Positions 30,207-40,201 of a stretch of DNA of 64,000 nt are shown here, one piece after another. Made by a program: the position numbers and the translations under genes. How positions within the stretch are numbered: position 1 is the stretch's first letter; every line of letters begins with the position of its first letter. The notes under the pieces are model-generated. The model made no database searches and was not told where the DNA came from. It saw only the letters and a program-made list of their open reading frames with translations. This stretch comes from Planctomycetota bacterium. Lineage in GTDB: Bacteria > Planctomycetota > Brocadiia > SM23-32 > JAKLEA01. The DNA is taken from contig JAKLEA010000002.1 in assembly GCA_022711755.1 (NCBI GenBank), positions 325,214-389,213 of the forward strand, given 5' to 3'.

Positions 30207-31904
30207 TTACTTATCATATGTCAGCCTGATGGTGGGGATATCGGTGAAATACCAGAAAAGGCTGCCGCGATCCGTATTGAAATGGAAGTTCACGCCGGAA
30301 CCAGGCTTTGTGATTATTATTTCGCCATCTCCGTACAGTCCTATCAGCCGCGTATTCGAGGCGTCAATGGTTATGCGGGTTCCGGCCGGCTGTGGCATGG
30401 CGGCCAGACGTGTGAACGCCCGAGGGGCAAGCAGCAGAAGACTCTCGCCATAGCTTTGCAGTCGCCGGTCGAGCATGCTGCTGAAAATCATGAAATCAGG
30501 GCGATACTTGAGCAGGAAGTCCGCGTGGTCGGCTCCAGGTTTCATGAATGGCAGAATCTTGCCGTCTGTGATGCCGTCCATGCTCAGGATGCGGCGATCA
30601 AGGAAGTATCTCGCCTGGACTTCCAGCGTGAGGATGGTCGAGTGGGGGGGGGTGATTGCCTCCAGCGTCCTGCAGAGCTTGAGGTCGCACGCGTTATGGA
30701 TATGCGAGGGCTTGTATGTCAGGACGTTGACCGCTTCCCGGCATGCAGTGACAGCCGCCAGAATAATAACAGGGGACATCATGCGGATTTTCCGTCCTGT
30801 AATCACATTCGCGCAATCCTTCCTGACGAATGTCTGCAAGAATTCGCAGCTTGCAGTCCCGCATGCGCCCAGGATCACAAGCGGAGGCCAGACGACCTGC
30901 CAGTAACGCCCTGTGTACCAGTCCAGGCGCATCGGGAATGCGAATGTCCAGAAGACAATGTTTCCAGCGAATGACGCCGCGAGGGCGCCCAGGAACAGAT
31001 CGCGCGGCTTCTGAAAGACGGCCAGAGAACCGAAGACGATGAGCAGCGCCGGGGCGGCGTCCGATGCGAAACGAAAGACAAGTCTTTCGCTGATACAGAC
31101 GCCTGCGATACGCGGCGCGCCTTCGCGGGCGAAGAGAAGCCGGGACAAGCCGCTGTCAGGTATCAGGCTGCCGGTATGCCGGGCCTGATAAAGTTCATAC
31201 GGCAGGAAAACAGCGGCGGCCAGCGCAAACGCGGCAAGCGTCCAGCCCCGATTTCGCCCCCCCCCGCGCTTCCAATTCGCGGCGGCAATGGCGGCTCCGT
31301 AGCAGAGCGAATAAATCACGCATTCCGGTCTGACAAGCGGCAGCATGCCCAGCGCGATCCCCATGGCGGCGAACAGAATCGGGCGCGGCTCCGGATCGCG
31401 GACGCAATGGAACAGAAGCAAGGAGGCGCAGAAAATCAGAAAGGCGCAAAACGGAGTCTCCATGCAACCGGCCGCGCATGTGATGCCGGAATATCCGGAG
31501 CACAGGGTCCACGCTATTGCAGCCCAGCCCGCCGCCAGGGAACTCCTCGCAATCTTCCAGACCAGCCAGGCGGCGAGAACGGGACATGCCATGTGAAAGA
31601 ACATCGCCTGCGCCGCGCAAAGCGTGATCGCGGAATCAGGGAAGAATCTGAAGCAGATTGCCTGAAGCGCCATCCACGCGGGGGAGGTGCTGCCGAAGGA
31701 CTTTTCGCCGGGATTGAACTCAAACATCAACCCCCGCGCAAGATTACGGGCATAAACAAGGTGAATGGCGGAATCGCCGGAAATCGAGGGCCAGACGCGG
31801 GACAGCAGCGCGGCATTGTATGCGAGTGATGCGATTATGCAGACCGAGATTAACTTCAATCCACCGGGGGCGGCGGGGCGCTCTGGCGTATCCTGAAGGC
31901 TCAT
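30207..31904 (-). CDS. Polytopic membrane protein, possible GT-C-fold glycosyltransferase, with a soluble C-terminal domain
   Basis: About 11 hydrophobic helices in the first 380 aa, then a 180-aa soluble tail. No firm family assignment. Confidence 0.4.
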   Translation of the reverse strand: MSLQDTPERPAAPGGLKLISVCIIASLAYNAALLSRVWPSISGDSAIHLVYARNLARGLMFEFNPGEKSFGSTSPAWMALQAICFRFFPDSAITLCAAQAMFFHMACPVLAAWLVWKIARSSLAAGWAAIAWTLCSGYSGITCAAGCMETPFCAFLIFCASLLLFHCVRDPEPRPILFAAMGIALGMLPLVRPECVIYSLCYGAAIAAANWKRGGGRNRGWTLAAFALAAAVFLPYELYQARHTGSLIPDSGLSRLLFAREGAPRIAGVCISERLVFRFASDAAPALLIVFGSLAVFQKPRDLFLGALAASFAGNIVFWTFAFPMRLDWYTGRYWQVVWPPLVILGACGTASCEFLQTFVRKDCANVITGRKIRMMSPVIILAAVTACREAVNVLTYKPSHIHNACDLKLCRTLEAITPPHSTILTLEVQARYFLDRRILSMDGITDGKILPFMKPGADHADFLLKYRPDFMIFSSMLDRRLQSYGESLLLLAPRAFTRLAAMPQPAGTRITIDASNTRLIGLYGDGEIIITKPGSGVNFHFNTDRGSLFWYFTDIPTIRLTYDK

Positions 31905-31928
31905 ATTCTCGCGCCGGAACGGCGCGTC

Positions 31929-32858
31929 CTATTTCTTCAGAAGCGAAGCCCGGCGGACGGGGGCGTATTCGGCCGCAAATGCCGGGCCATCGTAACTGAC
32001 GCGATCAAGTTCCGGTTCGCACATTGACACCTCGCGCCCGGCGTCGCGTATGCTCAGTTTCGCGGCAAGCAGAAGCTTGACGGACTCGACGATATCCTCC
32101 AGCGCCGCGATGGGCTTCCTGCCCGGCAGAGCCGCGAACATCTTGTCCAGCATCGTCTTGTAAAGCCGGGAGTTGTCCGTCGAGATTGCGCGGTAACCCT
32201 TGTCAGTTGTGACCCCGAGGGAGAATGGCAGCCAGAGGCCGTTGCGCTGGAATGTGACCAGCGCTCCGCAGGAGTGACGGGCGCTGAAAAGCTCAACGGG
32301 GCCGGATGTTCCCAGAAAACGGACGACCTCAAAACCAGGCCCCAGCAGTCCGCCGAGCATTTCTGCAACGTGAATGGCATAGTTGAATTCGTCAGTGCCG
32401 ACAATGCCGTTGACTACGCGGAACTCCGCGCCGCGCTTGTCAACCGGCAAAGCCAGGTAATCATCCACCTCGACCGTGTAGCGCAGGGAGGAAGAGCCGT
32501 AGATGAGCGCCCCCCTGTCGCGCCATTCCAGGAATTTCTTCGCGTCCGCGGTGTTTCCGCAGAGCGGTTTGTCAATGAAGACCGGCACGCCGGACTGCAT
32601 GAAGGGGATCGCGCGGGGCAGGTGCTTGTCCCAGTCCACGCTGTGGATCAGGACGATGTCGACCTTGCCGATCATGTCCTCGGCCTTAACGCATATTTCC
32701 GCGCCATATTTTGCGGCGTAATCGCGGGTGAGTTCGGGGGTCATGACGGTTCCGCCGTCATGGATCGCGGTCACGCGGGCGACTTCGCCGGCGTGAATTA
32801 TGTCCGCAAACGAGCCGGGGTGGGACGTGTCAAGGTCAATCTGTCCGACGCGAATCAT
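31929..32858 (-). CDS. Gfo/Idh/MocA-family NAD(P)-dependent oxidoreductase
   Basis: N-terminus MIRVGQIDLDTSHPGSFADII is a Rossmann Gfo/Idh/MocA signature. Confidence 0.75.
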   Translation of the reverse strand: MIRVGQIDLDTSHPGSFADIIHAGEVARVTAIHDGGTVMTPELTRDYAAKYGAEICVKAEDMIGKVDIVLIHSVDWDKHLPRAIPFMQSGVPVFIDKPLCGNTADAKKFLEWRDRGALIYGSSSLRYTVEVDDYLALPVDKRGAEFRVVNGIVGTDEFNYAIHVAEMLGGLLGPGFEVVRFLGTSGPVELFSARHSCGALVTFQRNGLWLPFSLGVTTDKGYRAISTDNSRLYKTMLDKMFAALPGRKPIAALEDIVESVKLLLAAKLSIRDAGREVSMCEPELDRVSYDGPAFAAEYAPVRRASLLKK

Positions 32859-33030
32859 GTTCGTGGCCTCCTGACCGCGCGCTCGCCGCGCAGGCGGCGC
32901 ATCGCAATCACGGATATTCGTACCTGTTCCGGCGCATTATTTCCAGGCATTTCCGGATTCGCAGTCGCGGGTCGCGGGCATCCATCCGTGGAATTCACAG
33001 ATTGTCGCGATTCCGAAACGCTTCGCGCCG

Positions 33031-34068
33031 TCATCGCTTAGCGTTGCCAAGCGCCTTGCCAAGCCGACGCATCTGTTCAATGCTCTTTTCGGGTATCTGC
33101 CCGTCCTGCCCGATGGGCAGGTTGAGCGTCACTGCGCCGGAGACGGCATTGCATCTTCTAACGAATCCGAAAAGCTCATCGTCGCTGTAATGATACGGCT
33201 TGCCGCCCTCGAACGTGCTGTCCACCGGGACAAGCGCGTGCCATTGAACGCCCTCGATGAATTGTGATTCGGGCAGATACAGCGGTGATTCCTTGTCATG
33301 GCCGAGTTTGATTTTCCCATGCGTCAGACAATGGACCTCGCCGGCGTGGTAATCCTCCAGGAGCGTAACCGGTTTGACCTTGTTTATGCAGAATGCTCCA
33401 TCGTTGAAGGCGACTATGGCGCCCGGATTTCCAGAGCGGGCCGCTGCGAACCAGTTCGGCCAGTCGTACAGGCTGTTGTGGAAGCAGTCCCATTCGTAGC
33501 AGCCGTCGAACCACCAGCCGTCCAGATCGCGTCCGAACTTGTCCGCATATGCGCGGATGAATTGCTGGTATCGGCGCTGGAATTCCGACTGGTCCTTCGG
33601 GTTCCAGGCAAAGGCCGCGTGAACCTCCGGGGTTTGGGCGTTGACCTCGCTGGGCAGGTAGGCGATGAATCGCCTGCCAATTCCTTTCACGCCTTTGGCT
33701 ATCTCAAGCGCGAGATCGCGTTTTGACGTGTGGCCGGGCAGCCGTTCATCCAGAAAAGCGTTGGGACTGCAATAGTATCCCGTATTCTGCCCGATCGTGA
33801 AGATCAGCCAGTCCGCTCCAGCGCCCGCGAACTGCTCAAGGAAGGCGTCTTTCCTGAATCCTGCTACGATCTGCTCAAAGGCGGCCGTCCTTTCCTCGGC
33901 GGAATCTCCCGGCGGGGCGATGAGGTAATGGACCATGATGCCGTAAGAGCCTTTCGCCATCCATTCCGCCCTGTTTGGTTTTCCGGTCATTGAATCCTCC
34001 CCGCCCTGCACGGCGGACGCGACCAGGATTGACGCCAGCAGCGTAGCGGATATTGTTGTCCGGTTCAT
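33031..34068 (-). CDS. Secreted glycoside-hydrolase-like protein (GH29 alpha-L-fucosidase-like fold, divergent)
   Basis: Signal peptide MNRTTISATLLASILVASAVQG. EWMAKGSYGIMVHY and AGAGADWLIFTIGQNTGYYCSPNAF resemble GH29 N-terminal blocks. Distant. Confidence 0.4.
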   Translation of the reverse strand: MNRTTISATLLASILVASAVQGGEDSMTGKPNRAEWMAKGSYGIMVHYLIAPPGDSAEERTAAFEQIVAGFRKDAFLEQFAGAGADWLIFTIGQNTGYYCSPNAFLDERLPGHTSKRDLALEIAKGVKGIGRRFIAYLPSEVNAQTPEVHAAFAWNPKDQSEFQRRYQQFIRAYADKFGRDLDGWWFDGCYEWDCFHNSLYDWPNWFAAARSGNPGAIVAFNDGAFCINKVKPVTLLEDYHAGEVHCLTHGKIKLGHDKESPLYLPESQFIEGVQWHALVPVDSTFEGGKPYHYSDDELFGFVRRCNAVSGAVTLNLPIGQDGQIPEKSIEQMRRLGKALGNAKR

Positions 34069-34316
34069 CGAAACTCCACCATTCCGCATCTGTCGGGTAT
34101 CCATTGCGCGGGGCTGGACACGCCTATCTTCCATCCAACCCCTTGACGGATTTCGAGGACAAGCTCCTCGATGGTTAACAGCTTCTGAAGGAATCCAGCG
34201 TTCCATTTCTCCCGAGCGGATTTCAGGAGCGACGTGTCGCTGTATCCCGATGTGAAAACGATTGCCGTCCGTTCACTAATCGTATTCAATTGTCTGGCCA
34301 GGTCAAGCCCGCCCAT
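34065..34316 (-). pseudogene. Truncated response-regulator receiver fragment (C-terminal half only)
   Basis: MGGLDLARQL...IVFTSGYSD...AGFLQK...EELVLEI matches the receiver C-terminal half. All upstream frames are closed. Stop overlaps the start of the downstream hydrolase gene (ATGA). Confidence 0.4.
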
Positions 34317-34577
34317 GCTTCACTCTTGGATCCTCTGATTCGTGTGCGGCGGGTTATTAGCACAAGACGCGGTCAGTTTGGCAGCATTCAGGACACTCTG
34401 ACCGAAATTATAATACAAATCATCATTATTTCTGGATGTGAGGCGGCGGAAATATGCCCCAAATAAGCCTTAACTGAAAGCCAAGAAAGCTGTAATTGTT
34501 GAAAGTTAAGCCATGAGAGAGATTATTCGTGAAGATTTCTCAAACATGAACTTTTGATTGTAATTGCTTCATGTTTG

Positions 34578-34592
34578 TGGCATGATGATTGC
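34578..34592 (+). promoter_or_regulatory. Sigma54-type -24/-12 promoter (TGGCATG-atga-TTGCG)
   Basis: GG and GC elements at canonical spacing. Implies the kinase start is at ATG 34640 (RBS GAGGCGGG), not 34589. Confidence 0.5.
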
Positions 34593-36775
34593 GTTATAGC
34601 TTGGTGTTCGAAACGCGAAGGCGCAACATCGAGGCGGGCATGATGGAAGACGCGGAGAAACCAGGCATGGCGGGCAGGCATTGTGCTCATTCCGGGGATG
34701 GGGCGGGAGAATGCGCCAGTCCGGGAGGAGATTCTGTTTCCGGAAGTGAAGGGCTGCGCCAGGAACTTGAGGCCCAGCGTCGGCTGTTCACAACGGTCAT
34801 TGAGAACTTCCCCGAAGTTCTATACATCACCGACCCCGACACGTATGAAGTCCTCCTGGTAAGCAAGGGGTGGCGTGACGCCTTGGGGAAAGACCCCGTC
34901 GGCGGCAAGTGTTATAAGGAATTTCAAGGACTTGACGAGCCATGCCCGTTCTGCACGAACGATATTTTATTCAAGAATGACGGCAAGCCGTATACATGGC
35001 AATATCACAACAAGAAGCTTGACCGCCACTACCACATCATGGATCAACTCATAAAGTGGCACGACGGACGTATTGTCCGTTACGAGGTGGCTGCGGACAT
35101 AACCGATATCAAGCGCGTTGAGGATGCCCTGCGGGAAAGCGAGAGCAGATACCGGTTGCTGGTTAAGAACATCCCCCAGAAGGTATTCATGAAGGGCCGC
35201 GATCTGCGGTACATTTCCGTCAATGAGAATTACGCGGCCGACTTCGGCATGACGCCGAAGGATTTCATCGGCAAAACCGATTACGACTTCTATCCCAATG
35301 AACTAGCGGACAAATACCGGGCGGATGACAGGCGCATAATAGAAGGGCGTCTGACAGAAGAGATTGACGAGAGCTACATCAAGGGCGGCGAGGAGCGTTC
35401 CGCTCATACCGTGAAAACGCACGTGGTAGATGATGCAGGAAACGTCACCGGCGTGCTGGGGCTTTTCTGGGATGTGACCGACAAGAAAAAGGCGGAGGAA
35501 TCTCTGGCGCGATCAAACAGGGAGTTGGAAATCCGCAACAGGATAACCAATGCCTTCCTCACCTTCTCCGACGAGGATGTGTTTTTCGAAACGCTCAAGA
35601 TCGTTCTTGAGGCGATGTCGAGCAAGTACGGCGTTTTCGGCTATATCGCCGACAACGGCGATCTGATAATCCCGACAATGTCGCGGGAGGTATGGAAACA
35701 GTGCAGGATTCCCGACAAGACGATAGTATTTCCGAGAGACAAGTGGGGCGGATTGTGGGGGAGAGCGCTGGTTGAGAACACGATACTCTGGTCGAACGAG
35801 TCGTCCCGGGTGCCGGAAGGGCATATTCCCATCACGCGCAATTTTTCGGCCCCGATCTCCTATCAGGGCAGGGTGATCGGCCTGCTCCAGGTCGCAAACA
35901 AGGAAAGCGACTATGATGAGGACGATCTTGCGCTTATGCAGACGATGACCGGGATCATCGCCCCCATATTGAGCGCCCGGGTTGAGCGAGACCGGCAGGA
36001 GGCGGCAAGGCGCAAGGCGGAGGAAGAGTTGCGGGAGTTGAACAGCGAGCTTGAAATGCGGGTGTCGCAGCGCACCGCGGAGTTGCAGCGTTCCAACGCC
36101 GATCTTCAGCAGTTCGCATACGTAGCGTCTCACGACCTTCAGGAGCCGTTGCGGATGATCGGAAGCTACCTGCAACTGATCGAGCGGCGCTACGGCAGCA
36201 AGCTGGAGAAGGACGCGCGGGAATTCATGGGCTACGCCGTGGACGGGGCCAAGCGGTTGCAGGGCATGATCAACGATCTTCTGCTTTACTCCCGGGTTGA
36301 GTCGAAGGGGAGAAGCCTGGAGCCGACAAACAGCGAGGCGTCCCTGCAGCGGGCGATAGACAATCTTCAATACCAGATTGAGAGCGAAAAGGCTGAAATA
36401 TCATGCGACGCGCTTCCGGAGGTCATGGCCGACGGGCTTCAACTGACACAGCTTTTCCAGAACCTGCTGGGGAACGCGATCAAGTATCGCGGGGAGGAAA
36501 AGCCAAGAATTCAGGTCACGGCCTCGCGGGACGGGGACCAGTGGGTCTTTCGCGTCAAAGACAACGGGATCGGAATAGAGCCGCAGTACCACGAGCGGAT
36601 TTTTGAGATTTTCCAGCGCCTGCATTCAAGGGGCAAGTACGAGGGTTCCGGCATCGGTCTGGCCCTTTGCAGGCGCATCGTCCAGAGACACGGCGGAACG
36701 ATCCGGGTGGAATCGGCGCTCGGACAAGGTTCCACGTTCATCTTCACATTGCCGGCTGGAGACAAAACGGAATGA
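34589..36775 (+). CDS. Cytoplasmic PAS/GAF sensor histidine kinase (likely start 34640)
   Basis: PAS with a Cys motif ([16 protein letters not shown]). His[21 protein letters not shown]. HATPase [24 protein letters not shown]. No TM segments. Confidence 0.8.
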   Translation: MRYSLVFETRRRNIEAGMMEDAEKPGMAGRHCAHSGDGAGECASPGGDSVSGSEGLRQELEAQRRLFTTVIENFPEVLYITDPDTYEVLLVSKGWRDALGKDPVGGKCYKEFQGLDEPCPFCTNDILFKNDGKPYTWQYHNKKLDRHYHIMDQLIKWHDGRIVRYEVAADITDIKRVEDALRESESRYRLLVKNIPQKVFMKGRDLRYISVNENYAADFGMTPKDFIGKTDYDFYPNELADKYRADDRRIIEGRLTEEIDESYIKGGEERSAHTVKTHVVDDAGNVTGVLGLFWDVTDKKKAEESLARSNRELEIRNRITNAFLTFSDEDVFFETLKIVLEAMSSKYGVFGYIADNGDLIIPTMSREVWKQCRIPDKTIVFPRDKWGGLWGRALVENTILWSNESSRVPEGHIPITRNFSAPISYQGRVIGLLQVANKESDYDEDDLALMQTMTGIIAPILSARVERDRQEAARRKAEEELRELNSELEMRVSQRTAELQRSNADLQQFAYVASHDLQEPLRMIGSYLQLIERRYGSKLEKDAREFMGYAVDGAKRLQGMINDLLLYSRVESKGRSLEPTNSEASLQRAIDNLQYQIESEKAEISCDALPEVMADGLQLTQLFQNLLGNAIKYRGEEKPRIQVTASRDGDQWVFRVKDNGIGIEPQYHERIFEIFQRLHSRGKYEGSGIGLALCRRIVQRHGGTIRVESALGQGSTFIFTLPAGDKTE

Positions 36776-37221
36776 AAGAAGCTGCGTCGTGCAGGAAGGT
36801 TGAAATCCTTCTCGTCGAGGATAATCCCGGGGACGTCAGGCTGACCCAGGAGGCCTTGAAGGAGGGCAGGATAAGCAATCGTTTGAGCGTGGTTGAGGAC
36901 GGCGCCGAGGCGATGGACTTTCTCAGGAAGAAAGGCAAATTCGCGGGCGCGCCAACGCCGGACCTGATCCTGCTTGACCTTAATCTGCCGCGCAAGGACG
37001 GGCGGGAGGTGCTGGCGGAGGTCAAGGAGGACCGGGAACTCAGGCGCATACCCGTGGTCGTGCTTACGACGTCCAAGGCCGAGGAGGACATAATACGCTC
37101 CTACGACCTTCACGCAAATTGCTACATCACAAAGCCCGTGGACTTCGAGCAGTTCATCAATGTCGTCCGGTGCATCGAGGATTTCTGGCTGGCGATAGTG
37201 AAGCTGCCAGGCGCGATCTAA
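36772..37221 (+). CDS. Single-domain response regulator (receiver)
   Basis: [13 protein letters not shown]...[14 protein letters not shown]...VVVLTTS...KP. Start overlaps the kinase stop (ATGA). Confidence 0.85.
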   Translation: MKEAASCRKVEILLVEDNPGDVRLTQEALKEGRISNRLSVVEDGAEAMDFLRKKGKFAGAPTPDLILLDLNLPRKDGREVLAEVKEDRELRRIPVVVLTTSKAEEDIIRSYDLHANCYITKPVDFEQFINVVRCIEDFWLAIVKLPGAI

Positions 37222-37287
37222 CCGGGATGACGCGCATGAAACCATAACGCGCGAGGCTGGGAGCGTCGGCTGGTCTCCAAGAAGAGG

Positions 37288-40152
37288 TTGGAAAAGGTGA
37301 GAAACCGGGTGATCAGGATACTGCTTCTGGAGGACAATCCGGGGGACGCGCGGCTTGTCCGCGAGAATCTCCTGGAGGCCGGGGAGACCGACTTTTCGCT
37401 CCGGCACGCGGCGACTCTGGCCGAGGCGCTGCAACTTCTTGCGAGGGAGGAATTCGACGTCGCGATCTGTGATCTCGCATTGCCGGACGCGACGGGGCAG
37501 GAATCCTTTGAAAGAATACATGAGCTGAAACCACATCTGCCGGTTGTGGTGCTGACGGGGTCTTCGCACGGGGGCGCGGGGGTGGAGATGGTGCGCAAGG
37601 GGGCGCAGGATTATCTTGCCAAGGGCGACATGACTCCCGGCCTGCTGGCGAAGACGATCCAATACGCCATCGAACGAAACGACATGGTCATGATGATAGA
37701 GAGGCTCACGGCCCGGGAACTGGAACTGAGCCGGCAGCGGGCCACCGCGCTTGTCCAGAATTCATCAGACATCATCACGATTTTCGATGACGACGGAACA
37801 ATAAGCTATTGCAGCCCGGCGGTGACAAGAATACTCGGTTATATGCCTGACGAGATTGCGGGGACGAACATATACGATTACGTCAATCCTGAGGATCAGC
37901 AAGCCGTACAGAAGGAACTGGAGATTACTGTAAAGGCGAAGGGCGAGTTAAGGTCGCTTGATGTCAGGCTTCGCAGAAAATCAGGGAAATGGGTATGGTG
38001 CGAGACGCTGGCGGCCGATCTCAGAAAAAATCCGGCCGTCGGGGCCTTCATTGCCAACACCAGGGACGTTACTGAGCGTCGCCAGTCAGCCGACCAACTG
38101 CTGCACCTCAACCGCGTTCTGATGGCAATCCGCAACGTCAACCAGTTGATCGTTCAGGAGAGGGACCCGGAGCGACTGCTGCGCGAATCGTGCAGGATAT
38201 TGACCTGTGAAAGGGGCTATCTGTCGGCGTGGGCGGCCGTATTCGATGAGGGCGACGGCCTGAAAGTCTGCGGGGAAAGCAACCTGGGAGCGGACTTTGC
38301 TCGCGTGATCAGGAAGTCAAGCTGGCGCGAGATGAAGTGCCTGAGAGAAGCCCTGAAAGGCAGCGGCGTGATCGTCAAGGACAAGCGGAACGAATGCGCG
38401 GGCTGTCCGCTGGCGCATGTTTATCCGGAGACGACGGCCATGGCCATACGCTTCAGCGCGGAAGGCGGGCGCGCGGGTGTGATAGTGGTCACCGTTCCAG
38501 ATGGCATACAGGCCAATGAGCAGGAAAAATCGCTTCTGGCCGAGGTCGCCATGGATCTGGGTTTCGCCATGAGGAGCATTGACGCTGAGCGTATGCGAGC
38601 GGAAGCAGAGGCGGCTGTGCGCGAAAGCGAGCATCGCTTCAGACAGATTTTCGACTACGCCGGGGACGCGATAGTCATTCATGACGTCCGCGGGGACATC
38701 CTTGAGGCCAACCAGCACGCTTCCGAGATACTGGGCTACTCGAGGGAGCAATTATTGGAGATGGCCGTCCAGGACGTAATCGTAACGGAACAAGTTGGAG
38801 AGGTTGAAAGACGAATGCGGGAGGCTTGGGAGAGGGGGCGCGTCATGTTCGAATCCGTCTGCATAAAGCGGGACGGAGCGGACGCGCCCGTGGAGTTCAG
38901 CAGCCGCCTGATCGAGTATCGCCAGAGACCGGCGATACTGACGATCGCGCGCGACATCGCGGACAGGAAGCTGCTTGAGGAGGAACTGCGGCAGGCGTTG
39001 AAGATGGAGGCCATCGGACGGCTGGCCGGGGGGGTGGCGCACGACTTCAACAACATCCTGACCGCCATGATGGGATACGCGCAGATACTGACGCGGCGCA
39101 TTGACAAGAGCGACCCGCTTCACAGCAGCGCGGAGCAGATTCTTACCGGCGCAAAGAAGGCCGCCAACCTTACCCGGCAACTGCTCGCTTTCAGCCGCAA
39201 GGACGTGATCCAGCCCAGGGTGGTTGACCTGAACGAGACGGTCGAGAGCATGAACAAGATGCTCAGCCGCCTGCTTAGCGAAGACATAAAGACATCAGTG
39301 ATAACCACAAGCCAGCCCGCCAATGTGAAGGCCGATCCGGGGCAGCTTGAGCAGATTCTGATAAACCTTACGCTCAATGCCCGCGACGCCATGCTTGAGG
39401 GCGGGGCGCTCGTGATAGAAACTGCGTTTGTTGACATTGACGCGGAGTCCGCGCGCCAGCGCATCGAGATGCAGCCGGGCAGGTACGTCTGTCTGTCGGT
39501 AAGCGATACAGGCTGCGGCATGGACGAGAAGACAATCGCGCACATCTTCGAGCCGTTCTTCACGACGAAAAAGCCGGGCAAGGGAACGGGACTCGGCCTT
39601 TCGACGGTCTACGGCATAGTGAAACAGAACAACGGGCACATCACGGTCTACAGCGAGTTGAACGAGGGGACGACGTTCCGCCTCTACCTGCCGGCGGCGG
39701 CGGAATCGGCCGATCCGTCAAGCTCGGTGGGGGAGGCCGTGCCGACCGGGTCGGAGACTATTCTTGTGGCGGAGGACAATCCGGCGGTGCTGAGCCTGGT
39801 CTCCGAAACGCTTAAAGGGCTGGGTTACTCGCTTGTGATCGCGTCCAGCGGGGAGGAGGCTCTGACGAAGGCGGCCGGGCATTCCGGCAGGATTGACCTG
39901 TTCGTCTCGGACCTGATTCTTCCCGGAATGACCGGGTTGGACACCGCCGTCAGGCTGCAGAGCGTCAGACCCGATCTGCGTGTTCTGTTCATGACGGGAT
40001 ACTCGGGCGAGATAGCCGTTCAGAAGGGGATCGTGGAGCCTGGGGCGCCGCTGCTTCAGAAGCCGTTTCCGGCAGAGCATCTGGCCAGGGCGGTCAGGAA
40101 CGCGCTGGATTCGGAGCCGCCGAAGTTGAAAAGACGCGCGGCGGACTACTGA
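37288..40152 (+). CDS. Hybrid histidine kinase (N-terminal receiver, PAS, GAF, PAS, HisKA, HATPase, C-terminal receiver)
   Basis: Receiver IRILLLEDNPGD. HisKA GGVAHDFNNILTAMMGY. HATPase GLGLSTVYGIVKQNNGHITVYS. C-terminal ILVAEDN receiver. TTG start in the track. Confidence 0.85.
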   Translation: MEKVRNRVIRILLLEDNPGDARLVRENLLEAGETDFSLRHAATLAEALQLLAREEFDVAICDLALPDATGQESFERIHELKPHLPVVVLTGSSHGGAGVEMVRKGAQDYLAKGDMTPGLLAKTIQYAIERNDMVMMIERLTARELELSRQRATALVQNSSDIITIFDDDGTISYCSPAVTRILGYMPDEIAGTNIYDYVNPEDQQAVQKELEITVKAKGELRSLDVRLRRKSGKWVWCETLAADLRKNPAVGAFIANTRDVTERRQSADQLLHLNRVLMAIRNVNQLIVQERDPERLLRESCRILTCERGYLSAWAAVFDEGDGLKVCGESNLGADFARVIRKSSWREMKCLREALKGSGVIVKDKRNECAGCPLAHVYPETTAMAIRFSAEGGRAGVIVVTVPDGIQANEQEKSLLAEVAMDLGFAMRSIDAERMRAEAEAAVRESEHRFRQIFDYAGDAIVIHDVRGDILEANQHASEILGYSREQLLEMAVQDVIVTEQVGEVERRMREAWERGRVMFESVCIKRDGADAPVEFSSRLIEYRQRPAILTIARDIADRKLLEEELRQALKMEAIGRLAGGVAHDFNNILTAMMGYAQILTRRIDKSDPLHSSAEQILTGAKKAANLTRQLLAFSRKDVIQPRVVDLNETVESMNKMLSRLLSEDIKTSVITTSQPANVKADPGQLEQILINLTLNARDAMLEGGALVIETAFVDIDAESARQRIEMQPGRYVCLSVSDTGCGMDEKTIAHIFEPFFTTKKPGKGTGLGLSTVYGIVKQNNGHITVYSELNEGTTFRLYLPAAAESADPSSSVGEAVPTGSETILVAEDNPAVLSLVSETLKGLGYSLVIASSGEEALTKAAGHSGRIDLFVSDLILPGMTGLDTAVRLQSVRPDLRVLFMTGYSGEIAVQKGIVEPGAPLLQKPFPAEHLARAVRNALDSEPPKLKRRAADY

Positions 40153-40201
40153 ACATCACAGACTGACATCGCGCCACAACAGGAACATTGAAAAAACAAG
40201 C

